Assembly: GCA_950097015.1 (NCBI GenBank) | Contig: CATNEN010000039.1 | Span: 11,966,001-12,030,000, forward strand | DNA from: Macrostomum hystrix | Taxonomy: Eukaryota > Animalia > Platyhelminthes | DNA: 64,000 nt | Direction of reading: 5' to 3' | Shown here: positions 47,178 through 59,428 of the stretch, one piece after another | Position numbering within the stretch: the first letter of the stretch is position 1 | Layout: every line of letters starts with the position of its first letter | Program-made: the position numbers and the translations under genes | Notes under the pieces: model-generated | Database searches by the model: none | The model's input: the letters and a program-made list of their open reading frames with translations, nothing else | Told to the model about the DNA's origin: nothing

Positions 47178-50011
47178 TGTTATGTCTTCTTCTTCTGTTT
47201 CAACGATGATTACTGCCTCAAGGCTATCATCGGACATCAAAGTCTAAGGCGAAGAAGCTATAGTTTATTGTACCGCAGTTCACGGCCTATAACTGCCTCT
47301 AGCAAGCGCACGCCAAGCACTTGCTTTTCGTGCTACAGATATTCGTCGGCTCTTAAAGAAATAAAAGATCCTACCCTAGACAATAGACATGCAGGAGGAA
47401 ACTCAAGTGCATTAGTAAAAGTCCATCTGGTATGTTGTCTATACATACTCGTAACATTCCCCCTTTTGTCAATTATAGTTTCTGTTTTGTCAGTTCTCCG
47501 CTTAACTATACTGTAAGCGATCCGGTCTTCTCAACTTGCTTCGATCTCTGTGTCCTTGTGCCCACGCCGTCTGCTCCAGGGTCAGCGTCATCCTTGTCTG
47601 TGTCCGCTGCCCGAGTCTCTCCTTGGCTTGGCACGTCTTGGACCGGTTGAGTTGATTCGTCCTCTCGCCGCTCTTGCTCTGTGGTAATTGGGTCGCTCTG
47701 AACTTCCCTAGGATCCTTCAGAATAGACGGTAGATGATGAGCTTCCGTCTTGTTGTGCCCAGGTAAATCTGCTCTGACGATTTGATCGACGTGTCGCTTC
47801 CAGACTTGTCCGTTGACCAACAATCGGTAGGACAGGGGTCCTGTGCGGGCGATCACCTTGGCAGAAATCCACCTGTTCTCTCGCTCCCTTCTGAAGTCCA
47901 ATGTCAGAACTGAGTCTCCTTCTTGAAATTCTCGTACAGATGATCCTCTTTCGTCTTGTCGTCCAGTGACATATGTCTGCTTGTTCAAGACTCTAGAGTA
48001 GGCATCCGGCTTGAGAAAGTCCAACTGTGTCCTGCGATTGTAGCATAGCATCATCTCTGCTGGTGTTCTACCGGTTGTTGAATGCGGTGTGCTGCGGTAG
48101 CGAAACAGGAAGTTCTGCATGCTCAATATTGGATCACCGTGAGTCTTAATTCCTGCTTTGATGGCAGACTTTGCTATTTGCACCATTCCTTCATTCAGTC
48201 CGTTGGTACGCGGATGTTCAATAGCTGTCAAAATCTGTCGAATATTATTCCGCTCCAAGAAAACACGGAACTCAGCTGAGCAGAACTGACTACCGTTGTC
48301 ACTCAACACTTGCTGTGGAATTCCAAACCGCGCTAACGTTTCCCGTAGTCAATCAATCGTCTTGCTTGTAGTTGCGTGCTTCATTGGAAAGATCTCAACC
48401 CATTTGCTTGTTGCATCGACCACGACGAGCCAATAGTATCCATGGAATGGTCCCATAAATTCCAGCTGAATCCTCGTCCATGGCTTTTCTGGCCACACCA
48501 AAGGCTGAATTGGCGCTTGTGCAGGCAGATTTCTCTGCAGCTGGCAGCCTTCACAACTTCGGACTAAGGTCTCAATAGACTTGTCTATTCCCGGGAACCA
48601 GACATGAAGTCTCGCAAGCGATTTCATGGCAACAATGCCAGGGTGTCCATCGTGAAGCAACTCCAGGACAACTTGCTGTACACTTCTCGGGATAACTACT
48701 CGCAAACCCCAGAATAGCACTCCTTGCTCAATGCACAGGTCGTTTCTCTTCCTGAAGTACTGTTCCAGGCTTGAGTCACAGGTCTCTGGCCAACCGTTCT
48801 GGCAGTAACGAACAACCTTCCGAAGATCAGCGTCCTTTTGAGTCTCGTTGCGAATCTTCTCCGCCGTGATTGGTAGCATTGCCAACCTGACCTGCAGTAG
48901 TTGATCGCTACGGATGCCCTTTTCTTGCACTGGCAGTCGTGAAAGAGCGTCGGCATTCGAATGATCTTCTGTCCTTCTGAACTTTATGGTGTACTTATGA
49001 GCTGAGAGTAGTACGGCCCAGCGCTGAAGTCTGCTTGCTGCGATGCTCGGAATGTCTTTCTTGTCTCCGAAGATGGTCAATAGCGGCTTATGATCAGTGA
49101 CTAGCACAAAGTGATGTCCAAATAAGTATTGATGGAACCGCTTCACTCCAAACACAATAGCCAACGCTTCCTTCTCTAGCTGAGAGTAGTTCACTTCTGG
49201 CTTGGAGAGTGTCCGCGAAGCGTATGCAACAGGCTTTTCACCATTCGGCATCATGTGAGATATGACAGCCGACTCCATACTTCGAAGCATGCGTTTGCAA
49301 AATAAGCTGCTTAGCTGGATCAAAATGTGCTAACACTCTGTCAGAAGTCAACGTGTCCTTCACCTTTTTAAATGCTGCACTGCACTCTTTACTCCAGTGA
49401 AAGTCAACATCCTTGCGTAACAATCTGTTCAGAGGAACCAGAATCTACGAAAGATTCGGAATGAACTTGGCGTAGTAATTTATCATTCCAATCAGAGATC
49501 TCACTTCGGTGACATTCGTTGGTTGTGGGGCTTCGTGAATTGCCACGACTTTCTCCTTCGATGGATGAATTCCATTTTCGTCTATGACGTAACCCAGAAA
49601 TTGAACCTTAGCAATTCGGAATTCGCACTTCTTCTTGTTCAGACGTACGCCATAGTCTGAGAGGCGTTCCAAAACAGCTTCCAACTTTTTGTCATGCTTC
49701 TCCAGACTCGTTCCAGACACCAAGATGTCATCTATGTAGACCACAACGTTCAAACCTTGCAAAATTTTCTCCATGGCTTCCTGAAATTGTGCAGGTGCTG
49801 ATGCCAGTCCCATTGTGAGTCTATTGTACTGGAACAGTCCGAGATGCGTGTTGATAGTTGCAAACTTTCTGCAGGCCTCTTCTAGTTCCAGCTGTTGAAA
49901 TGCTTGAGAGATGTCTAGCTTGGAGAAAATTCTTCCTCCATTCAGAGTAGCAAAGATTTCATCCGGGCGCGGCAGAGGGTATACTTGTCAACCTCCAGTT
50001 GGGGATTCAAA
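47178..50011 (-). mobile_element. 5'-truncated, degenerate Ty3/Gypsy LTR retrotransposon (RT-RNaseH-integrase plus 3' LTR)
   Basis: YPLP...FSKLD, VYIDDILV, YASRTLS...YSQLEKEALAIVFGVKRFHQYL, LHDGHPG...CEGC, SDNGSQF, RSTPHSTTGRTPAE in broken frames. PPT AAAAGGGGGAA adjacent to LTR 47178-47456 with TGTTA...TAACA termini. Confidence 0.93.
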
Positions 50012-50316
50012 GTCCGGAAACACTAAAATACACTGTAAATATACTGCACCCGATCCAGCACTAATCAAAGCTTTTCTGAAAGCTACGAGACTCAATAAAC
50101 AATACAAAAAAACCACCGCCTAGCTCTTAATTAATCGCGAACTCGCGACCACAAAAATGCTACAAAACAACTTATTATAATTGTATTAATACAATTAATT
50201 AATACAACTTAATATAACAAAGCCAGCCTATACCGTGCAAATATCTCTGCGTGATATTCTGCCTCCATTTAGCTGCAGCATTATAAATAATTCACGAACA
50301 CAAGTAATTGGCTTAT
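50012..50316 (+). repeat. About 305-bp local segmental duplicate of 46868-47177; the last ~100 bp also occur at 43074-43171
   Basis: CCGGAAACACTAAAATACA...CAAGTAATTGGCTTAT present in direct orientation. Confidence 0.9.
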
Positions 50317-50391
50317 AAAGCTGCTAGCAGCAATTGTTTCTCAGCTTTTGATAAGCTCTTACCAAGGTTGATGCACGCGTCACAGTTCCCG

Positions 50392-53300
50392 ATGAGTAGT
50401 AGCGCGAAAGCCGATGCACCCAGCTCATCATTTGTGCGCTTCTGTGGCTACACCACCGCCCACGGACTCGGGCGCTTCGCCGAGCAGTCCAACTTCATCG
50501 GCAGGCTGGTCTGGGTCACCTTCCTGATGGGCACGTACAGCGGGTTCGCCTATCACGTGTACACCCTGTTCGACAGGTTCATCCAGGCTCCTGTGCTCAC
50601 CACAATGACGACGTCGACTCTACCGTTCCAATTCCCAGATGTGTACATCTGCCCTGCTCAAGCCGTCACTATGAGCAGAATCATTACAGCGCTATCCATC
50701 TCAGGCATAGACAATCTAGAACATTTAAATAAGCGGAGCATCAGCGAAAAGATTTCTCTCTACAGATTTGACGTGACGCGCAATCAAGACCTAAATGAAC
50801 CAACCAATGCGCTTCTGAATGTCCTACAGAGCAACGAGGAATCTTTGATGAAGACGCTTCAGTATCCTCTGAACGGTGAGTTTCCTATGGAATACTTGGG
50901 AAAGAAAAATATTCTTCTAACGTTTGAACAGTAGAAAGATAACGCTATTTTTACCTTGGCGAAAAACCACGCGTGGGTATTTCAAATACCCAATGCCACC
51001 TTCGCTCCCAAACCGAGTGACCGATTTTCGTCAGAGTCCGCCTTATGAACCAAAATTTTCCGCCCTTTACGATGTCAGCATTGTCGAGATTCTCATCGGT
51101 TCTTGTCGGAGACGCTGGCGACAAGGATAACTAGCATTGCTCTGTATAAACTTCTATCGCTAATCTATATTAACTAGTATTGATATATTACCCCCTCCTC
51201 CCTGGCAGTTTTTTTGCTGCACCCGAACGGAGCAACGCAAGCACACGAAACACGGGCCAACTTTTTGTTGCGCATCTTCTGAAACAAAAATTAAGTTACT
51301 AGCTCTTTAGACCGTCGAGATATTCAATGGTTCTGGCCGAAGGTCACACACCCCTATACATAAATTAGCACTGCGCCTCAGTGCGGCGAATGTGCCTGCA
51401 TCATCTCCGTCTTCGGTGGTCACCTACCTTTATCTAGACGGATTAGCTGGACCTTCAAGGGGTACAACAGGTGGAACTAGGCCACTATGGACACCCTGAC
51501 GCGAATTTCTCCAGTTTCAGACTGTCAACCAATCAGTCACCACCCAACGCTGTTAGCATTCAGGCGCTGCCAAAAAAATACGCGATCGCAAGATCGCTAA
51601 TCTGCTAGGTAGTTACTAATTCGAAAGTATAGAGAAAGAAAGGCAAGCCTACCCGGTTTTTGGGTTTATTTTTCAGAACCGTAATGCATTTTTAGTCGCG
51701 GAATAGGGTCCGTTTGGCGAAAATCGACAAACGAACTCTCGTATAAAAAAACTAATATAAAAAGATAAGCCTTTGATCCACCTTTAATTAAACACCGTCA
51801 CAAAAACCATGCAGCCTCCGTAACTTTTTCAAAAGAAATGTAGTTTTTCGTTCTACAGGCGTACCATTTATAAAAAACTTCAACCAGTAATTAAAGACTT
51901 CAGTCTTCATATTTTGGATGAACGAAAGAATGAACAATATGGAAAACCTCCGGCTGTCATTAAACAAAAGATTTCTGTTTTTCGGGCCTCGGGTGTAACG
52001 ACTGTCCATACGCTAAATTGAAAGTAATTAAAAGCACCCCCAGACCCCGGCAGTACCAGTCTGAGAGCCACCCCTAGACCCCGGCAGTACCAGTCTGAGA
52101 GCCACCCCTAGACCCCGGCAGTACCAGTCCGAGAGCCACCCCTAGACCCCGGCAGTACCAGTCCGAGAGCCACCCCTAGACCCCGGCAGTACCAGTCTGA
52201 GAGCCACCCCTAGACCCCGGCAGTACCAGTCCGAGAGCCACCCCTAGACCCCGGCAGTACCAGTCCGAGAGCCACCCCTAGACCCCGGCAGTACCAGTCT
52301 GAGAGCCACCCCTAGACCCCGGCAGTACCAGTCTGAGAGCCACCCCTAGACCCCGGCAGTACCAGTCCGAGAGCCACCCCTAGACCCCGGCAGTACCAGT
52401 CTGAGAGCCACCCCTAGACCCCGGCAGTACCAGTCCGAGAGCCACCCCTAGACCCCGGCAGTACCAGTCTGAGAGCCACCCCTAGACCCCGGCAGTACCA
52501 GTCTGAGAGCCACCCCTAGACCCCGGCAGTACCAGTCTGAGAGCCACCCCTAGACCCCGGCAGTACCAGTCTGAGAGCCACCCCTAGACCCCGGCAGTAC
52601 CAGTCTGAGAGTCACCCCCAGACACTCCAGTACCAGTCCGAGGGAACCTGTTCTTTGTCATTTCAATATTTAATTATTCTACGAGTATAATTAAAATATT
52701 AACTACAATTTTAGCTGATAAGCGTCAATGCCGAACTACGCCAAACGGAGAAGATTACACGGGGGACGCTCACTACGCGGCCGTCTACGGGTTCCCTAAT
52801 TTGACTGTCGAGGGTTCGAATCCGTCTAAATTTGAGCCTAGCCCATACCGGCAGCTCAGGCGGTGCATGAGTTGGAACGATGCCGCTCGGATGCTGAATC
52901 AGTCGTCTGTCGCTGTCAGTCTGGCTCACCGGCTGCTGTCACTTAACTTCTCCGACAGTGAGTCCAGGTGCCGCTCCCCGCCTGAACTGCCGCTAGCTGA
53001 GTTCCTTTCAGTCGCCTCGCGTAAGTTGAAAAGAAAACGAAAAATTAGCAGAATTTTCTCGAGCCCCTGCTTTTGAAATAAGTAGTGGTTTTAGACACGT
53101 GATTTTTATTGTAAGACTACCAAGCCATTTTACAAGATATTCGAGATATATATATTTCTGACCGAAGGTCACATTTTTCCCTTAAGAGCTAGTGTATTTA
53201 ACACGGATACACGAATTCACGCTGTGCCTCAGTGCGGCATTGCCAGGCCTTCAAAAGTTATCAGCACGTCACCCGAATAATGTGTGTGCATCGTCTCCCA

Positions 53301-56300
53301 CTTCGGTGGTCACCGATTTTCCACTAGACGGAGCTGCTGGACCTTCAAGATAAGGCGCCAGCCGACTATGAACACCCTGATGCAAATTTCTCCCATTTCG
53401 CTGATCAAGCCTCAATATTGGGCGAAGCTCAACCACAGGACCCCGCCTAGTCTGTCAACCAATCAGTCACCACCCAATTCCGTGAGCACCGTCAGCAGGG
53501 TGCCTCCAGCTGACTATGGGGTCCCTAAAGCGAATTTCTCCCATTTCGCTTATCTAGCCTTGATGTTGGGCTACACTCAATTACTTCTTGTTGAAGGTCC
53601 AGCAGCTCCGCCTAGATAAAGGTGACCACTGAATTCGCAGATGATGCAAGCATATTCTGATTATGTGCTGATAAAGTTTGAAGGCCTGGCAAGGCCGCAC
53701 CGAGGCGCAGTGCAAATTCGTGTAGAGGTGTGCATGAAATACACTAGCTCATATAGGAAAATAAGACCTTCTGCCAGAACCGTTGAATGTCTCGACGGTC
53801 TGAAGGGCTGGCAATTCTTGCTCCAGAAGATGCGCAGCAAAAGGTCGGCCCGTGCTCTTGAGTTTCGTGTGCTTGCATTCCTATGTTCGGGTGCAGCATA
53901 AATAATTGCCTGGGGGGAAATCCTCCCTTGGTACTTCTACTGTTTAAATTTTCTATGTCCAAAAGGTAAAAAATGTGCAGCAAACTCCGTGGGCGTAAAT
54001 GATGTTGGGAGCTTCAGAATTGATAAAGATGATTTCCGCTGATCTACGTAAATTGGGGCCTACTGGGGTCAGGGAAACAATGTCTTCGTTCTTCGCGGGC
54101 CTCTTTTACTAGACCTTGGTCCAGTCGCTCTTATCAGCTTATCGACTTGCTACTGAAGTTTAATAAACAAATTTTTAGGACCAATCTTTCAAAATGTCGG
54201 TTGTTTTCCGATTAACGTGACGGAATCGCCAGGCTTCAATTTCACATGCTACAAGCTGGGAATTAGCACAAATGAAGCTTGTGCCGAATGCTGCGACAAG
54301 CGCAATTTCCCGTTTATGGCGATCAGCTACCAGGACTGCTTCTGTGGCAACAGCATTGATGGATTCGAGAATGTCGCAGCCGTTTGTGATTCCTGCTCTA
54401 ACGACAACACGAAGCGATGCGGAATAAAGGACATAGCTGCAACTGTGCTTCGAATTCGTGATTTCGGTTAGTGTGGATCAGTTTTCATTTGAAATCGTTG
54501 GATCTACTTCTTAAGTTTGTCAGGACCTGCTAGTGAAACTGTTTATTCCAGATAACAAGCCGCTGCATATTGGGAATTCCAGCTTGCTTAGGTCTCTGTC
54601 TTATGGACCGTATTGCTTCTTCACTGACGAGCCAAGTGGCAGACTAAATGCTGGATTCTGTGACATTCCGTTCTGTCGTGAGTTCTACCTCATCGTTCGC
54701 TCTGAGCTCTTGGCCGCATTCATTTGTAACAACGAATATTTTGTTCGTTGATGTTCGCTGACCAAATTCGCTCTCATGTTTTACTTTTTCATGTTTGTTA
54801 TACTCGTAGTACGAGCTATGCTTCCTTGCAGAGAATCTGTTTGTTGCAACAAAATTTCATCACAATAACTATTACTAGCATTTTCGAACAACTACGATTG
54901 TGTCGTGAGTTCTGCAGACGAGTCAACGGAGCGTGGGTATCTGTCCCGATACGCAGGCCGGCTGAATGTATCTGCCTCGGGTAGGCAGTGCGCGCCTTGG
55001 AGTCGGGTGTCGACGATTGAAGAAAGCGTTGGTCGCTCTAGTAAGTTGATCTATTTTAACTTTTTTATTCAAAACTTCCAAGCTTAAAACTTACCATACC
55101 TAATAAAATATAGCTGAAATATAATTTCCGGGTGTCATTGGCTCGATCCCGGCTTCAGTTTCAGGAATGTATGGAAAATTGCACAAGGTTTACATCCAAA
55201 CTCCTGATGGCATAGAAAACACCACTGACAATTTCTGCCGACCAGTCACCATCGTTGTCGATGCTGACGATTACCGAGCGACATCAATGTTCGCGTGAGT
55301 AGCGCTGCATCCTTTCCAGGCTTTTCCATTTGATTTTTTCTTCTATATCAGAATTAATTCCAAAAATGTTCAGACGGTACACGGTGATCAACTCCGAAGT
55401 GCCGGTGTGTTTCACTGAAAACTTTCTAGTTCCCCGCACACCGGTTATATTCTACGTCGATGATTTGTTCAAACAGTCGTTTGAAACCTGCTCTGTGAAA
55501 AAGTGCTGTGAGTCTGTCTCTCTTTTTGTGACTGAAATTTGCAAAGTTTATTTTCTAAACAAAAATATGATACTTGTCAAGACCCTTTTGTGATACTGTT
55601 ATGTAAGATCTTCGCCGAAAATAAGTAGGTCATCACAATAGAGTAGGTTGTTGATTTCTTTATTCATTATATTGGTGTTAATGTGGAATTTAATATAGCA
55701 CTCAATGGGTCAATGTATATGGAAAATAGTTTTCGATTTGATTAGAAGACAATAATTTAAACCCTCTAATATGGTCATCGAGTTTACCGTAAATAATTAA
55801 TGCCAACAAACGTGCTGTCGCAGGTAGCACGTATTTTCGCAGCGTACTGTACAGAATAATGACTCTCTGCTTTAGACGAGGTAACTCCTAGCATCAAAGG
55901 CAGCGTCCGAGAGTCTGTTGGCAGCCACCTGCTGGCCAGACAGTTCGGCAGCGACCTGAGCGTCGGCCTCGCCGACTGCAGCTTCGCCAAACAAAAGTGC
56001 ACAGCCGAGCACTTTGTGAATGTCGCACATCCGCAGCTGGGCATGTGCCACCAGTTTCTGCAACAGAAGTTCACCCACAACATGACTAGCACGCAGGTGG
56101 CGGAGAGTGAGTTATCAATCAAGTACTTCACGGATGCCACTGACTCCGATGGTCAGACGGTGTCCAACATTGATAGGCTGACAGAAGCTGTTGCAGGCCA
56201 GCGAGCTGCTTCTGATGACTCCAGTAGGGTCGCCTTTAAGGTAAACGTTTTCTATCGTTTCTTTTCTTATTCAATCGTGAGCAGCATGCCTTTGTTGCGA

Positions 56301-59300
56301 TCTCGCAGGCGATCATCGTTCCTGAGAAAACTTTCCCTTGGGCCTCAAAGAGTGTTGACGTAGCTACTGCTCAGCGTTTGGATGTGCAGCTGAGATTTGA
56401 TAGGTATCTGAGACTCTCAACCGCTGGTAATCCTTGCCTGGAGACAACAGAAATGGTCACCTACCGACTGCCGTCCTGGACATTATCTCCGTCGAATGAA
56501 GAGACCAGGTTGGCTTTTTCTATTCCAAAACTACATTTTGCTTGCATTATTTCACAGGTTATTAATAGTTTTTGAACACAATTTCCTCAATATCAGCATC
56601 GATTTCGGCGCTAAAAATTTTGTCACAAGCAACTGGACTGAAAAGCTAAACAATTTCAGAAACATGCTGCTAAATAGTCCAAGGTCAGTCTGTTAATCAA
56701 TGTGCTACATTGCCAATCTGCCTGAAACAGCAGAAAAACCACTGGATTACTTTTGCGCCAAAATTTTTAGCGCCGAAGTCAACACAGAAACAGGACGTCC
56801 ATTCAGAATATACGATCGGGAGGACTGCATCAACAGCTATGTTGTCAAAAATTTCGTTCAGAGCTGCAACTGTCTCCCATCAATTCTGCCGATTCGGGAA
56901 GAACTGTTTTTGAACTATAGCTACTGCTTTGATTTGAATAAGGCAGGTTATATCACGGCCGCCACCGAGCAATGCTTCATCAACCAGGTGTTGAAGATCA
57001 CTGAGTATCGATTTGAGGCCCTAAATCTCTGCAAACCGCCCTGCAGTGTATTGGACTACAGCACACGATACGCAACTTATCCCTGGCCCAACTTGCTGAC
57101 TGCTAAGTCTCTTGATTTCATGGCAAATGCCGCATTCAACTACGGCTATCCGAGAAAAATCAGCGTGTTTAAAGGTGTCGCCAGCATCTATGCAACATAT
57201 CTGAGAGCTAAGAGACTCGCCGATACTCCTGTGAGTAACCGCAGCACGGAGGAGGTCCAGGGCTACAGTAATGAGCTGGAAGCCTTTCAGCACCGTCTGG
57301 CGCAGCTCAATGTCCAGGTGTGAAATTTGAGTTTGATTTTGAGCACTTATTATCATGTGATGACGATGCTAATTTTACTTGCTTTAATTAACGATAACAT
57401 AATCAGTTGGTGAACAAAGACCTATTGAGTCGAATTTAGTCATTAAACAAATTATTTTTAGCAAATTATACGTGTTGAGCATTGGGATGACATAAATATA
57501 AAATCTACGGCTAAGCGGTCAATTATTGACGTTATAAAATCTGATGTGTGTTATTAAGGAAGCGAAAGTCCTCAGCGCTTTTAATCAGCGCTTATCCTCC
57601 GATAATGCGCAAGCAGAGAAAGGACCAGCTGCTTAAATTTACCCTTAGACCTGGGGTCGGCGAACTCCAGCTCGCGGGCCAGATGCGGCCCTCGAAGCTC
57701 CGAAATCCGGCCCATTGAACCTTCCAACATCTACAGTATCCTGTCTCATATTTCACCTGTCTCATATTTCACTTGTCTTATCTCATCTCCGCGTCTATCT
57801 CATATTCTCATATTCCTAGGAGCGTACAGTCAATGTACATTCCCGCTGTCGTCTTCTAGGTTTTGGCCCGCAAGCTAATAGGTTTGCCGATCCCTGCCGT
57901 AGGCGAATGTCTAGGGAAAATACGGCATGACAATTTACATACGATTATAAAATAGCTCGTAGCACACTGCAAGAATACTATTACAAAATGAAAGCAATTA
58001 ACTCGTAGTAAAAGCATGCCATTACCCCACACAGGCGTATCGGTCTCGCGGTCAGGAGATCTCCGAGGAACCAGCCTATCCCGCCAAGAACCTGCTGGCT
58101 GACATCGGAGGTAAGCGAAACAATTGCTGACATGTGCTCTTTTTTCATAGAAAGACCACGGAGGAATTTCAAATCACCACATTCCTAGTTTTTCTGTATC
58201 TCCCAAATCTGTTCAATCAATGTATAAATAATCAGCGGTCCCAGTGCGTGACAACGAATTTTTTTACTCGCGCCTATCGCATTTCGCATTTTTATGAAAT
58301 TATGAAAACCTTCCCGTCGATTATCTACCAACGTCTGTCGGAGGGACGAATTATTGTCAGATTTTCTATGCTTTATTGAGGTAAAGAGGACGACAATACT
58401 CCACTGCCACCTGGATTCCAAGATGAGCTAAAGGAACTCGCTATTGAAATTGCCGATCTTCCTGTTAGCTCGCGGAGGCAGATGGACGCAACTTTCTGTA
58501 GTTCTTGAAGAGTCGTGGATTGACTACTGATCTAGGAAGAGTTGAATTATGACCAGTTAAACGTTTCAAACATGTTCGCTTCTGCTTCCTTTAACGTCTC
58601 AAACATACACCTAATCTGCTTCCTTCGCTGTTTTAAATATATCGTTAAAATAACGAAACCGAAGCGATGACAGGAGAAAAATAGCGACAACATTCTGTAT
58701 GCAATTATCCCCCTTTTTAATATTTGACAGGTGCTCTCGGGCTGTGGTCAGGAATCTCCATTCTCACGATCTGTGAGCTAATGGAACTCTTTCTCTACAT
58801 TGGCCGAGGTCTTGCCATGAGAGACGGAGACGGTGTTGCCAGGAGAGACGGAGACGGTGTTGCCAGGAGAGACGGAGACGGTGTTGCCAGGAGAGACGGA
58901 GACGGTGTTGCCAGGAGAGACGGAGACGGTGTTGCCAGGAGAGACGGAGACGGTGTTGCCAGGAGAGACGGAGACGGTGTTGCCAGGAGAGACGGAGACG
59001 GTGTTGCCAGGAGAGACGGAGACGGTGTTGCCAGGAGAGACGGAGACGGTGTTGCCAGGAGAGACGGAGACGGTGTTGCCAGGAGAGACGGAGACGGTGT
59101 TGCCAGGAGAGACGGAGACGGTGTTGCCAGGAGAGACGGAGACGGTGTTGCCAGGAGAGACGGAGACGGTGTTGCCAGGAGAGACGGAGACGGTGTTGCC
59201 AGGAGAGACGGAGACGGTGTTGCCAGGAGAGACGGAGACGGTGTTGCCAGGAGAGACGGAGACGGTGTTGCCAGGAGAGACGGAGACGGTGTTGCCAGGA

Positions 59301-59428
59301 GATACGGAGACGGTGTTGCCAGGAGAGACGGAGACGGTGTTGCCATGTCGACTGAAATTTCACTGCCACATTATGAGATGAGTGACATTTGCACGGAAGG
59401 AAGTGTGAAAGAAGTGAGCCGGTTTTAG
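50392..59428 (+). CDS. DEG/ENaC channel subunit with an extracellular kringle(WSC)-kringle insertion, 13 exons, about 1213 aa (paralogue 1)
   Basis: Exons 50392-50875, 52715-53020, 54179-54466, 54552-54677, 54879-55040, 55165-55294, 55374-55507, 55876-56240, 56309-56508, 56558-56683, 56771-57317, 58035-58110, 58731-59428; 3642 nt, GT-AG, one open frame (alternative ATG at 50371; exon 10 least certain). DEG/ENaC motifs FCGYTTAHG, TM1, FPDVYICP, DCSFAKQKC...HPQLGMCHQF, DC...SCNCLP...YC, CKPPC...YPWP, LLADIGGALGLWSGISILTICE. Confidence 0.88.
51195..51560 (+). repeat. Interspersed repeat (MITE-like arm) in channel intron 1
   Basis: GCTGCACCCGAAC...TGCGCATCTTCTG...CTGCGCCTCAGTGCGGC...TTCGGTGGTCACC...GCTGGACCTTCAAG; recurs direct at about 53160-53480 and inverted at about 53590-53917. 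Confidence 0.7.
52036..52640. repeat. 34-bp minisatellite in channel intron 1
   Basis: Unit CACCCCTAGACCCCGGCAGTACCAGTCTGAGAGC. Confidence 0.95.
53140..53917. repeat. Large imperfect inverted-repeat (foldback/MITE-like) element in channel intron 2
   Basis: Left arm GAAGGTC...CTGTGCCTCAGTGCGGC...CCAGGCCTTCAAA...GGAGCTGCTGGACCTTCAA; right arm TTGAAGGTCCAGCAGCTCC...TTTGAAGGCCTGG...GCCGCACCGAGGCGCAG...GACCTTC. Confidence 0.7.
57651..57896. mobile_element. Older hAT MITE copy, same family as 33207-33626
   Basis: CTGGGGTCGGCGAACT...GGTTTGCCGATCCCTG; flanks CCTTAGAC/CCGTAGGC (6 of 8 match); only 2-3 degenerate internal units. Confidence 0.8.
58820..59344 (+). repeat. Coding 24-bp tandem repeat (RRDGDGVA, about 22 copies) in the channel's cytoplasmic tail
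   Basis: Unit AGGAGAGACGGAGACGGTGTTGCC, in frame between TM2 and the stop at 59428. Confidence 0.9.

Noticed and set aside
46868-50316. Direct ~305-bp repeats flanking the Gypsy pol as its LTR pair
   Set aside because: The PPT-adjacent TGTTA...TAACA LTR is 47178-47456; the element breaks inside RT at about 50011 with no gag or PBS, so the repeats are a local duplication.
10668-54677. Functional Wnt link between Frizzled and the Kremen-like kringle/WSC cassette, or between PKD2 and the WSC domain
   Set aside because: Only physical proximity (25-40 kb, with unrelated genes between) supports it; there is no CUB domain, and the nested domain order differs from Kremen.
56700-56770. Acceptors at 56730/56733 for channel exon 11
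   Set aside because: Wrong phase relative to the 56683 donor; TTTTTAG at 56770 restores the frame.
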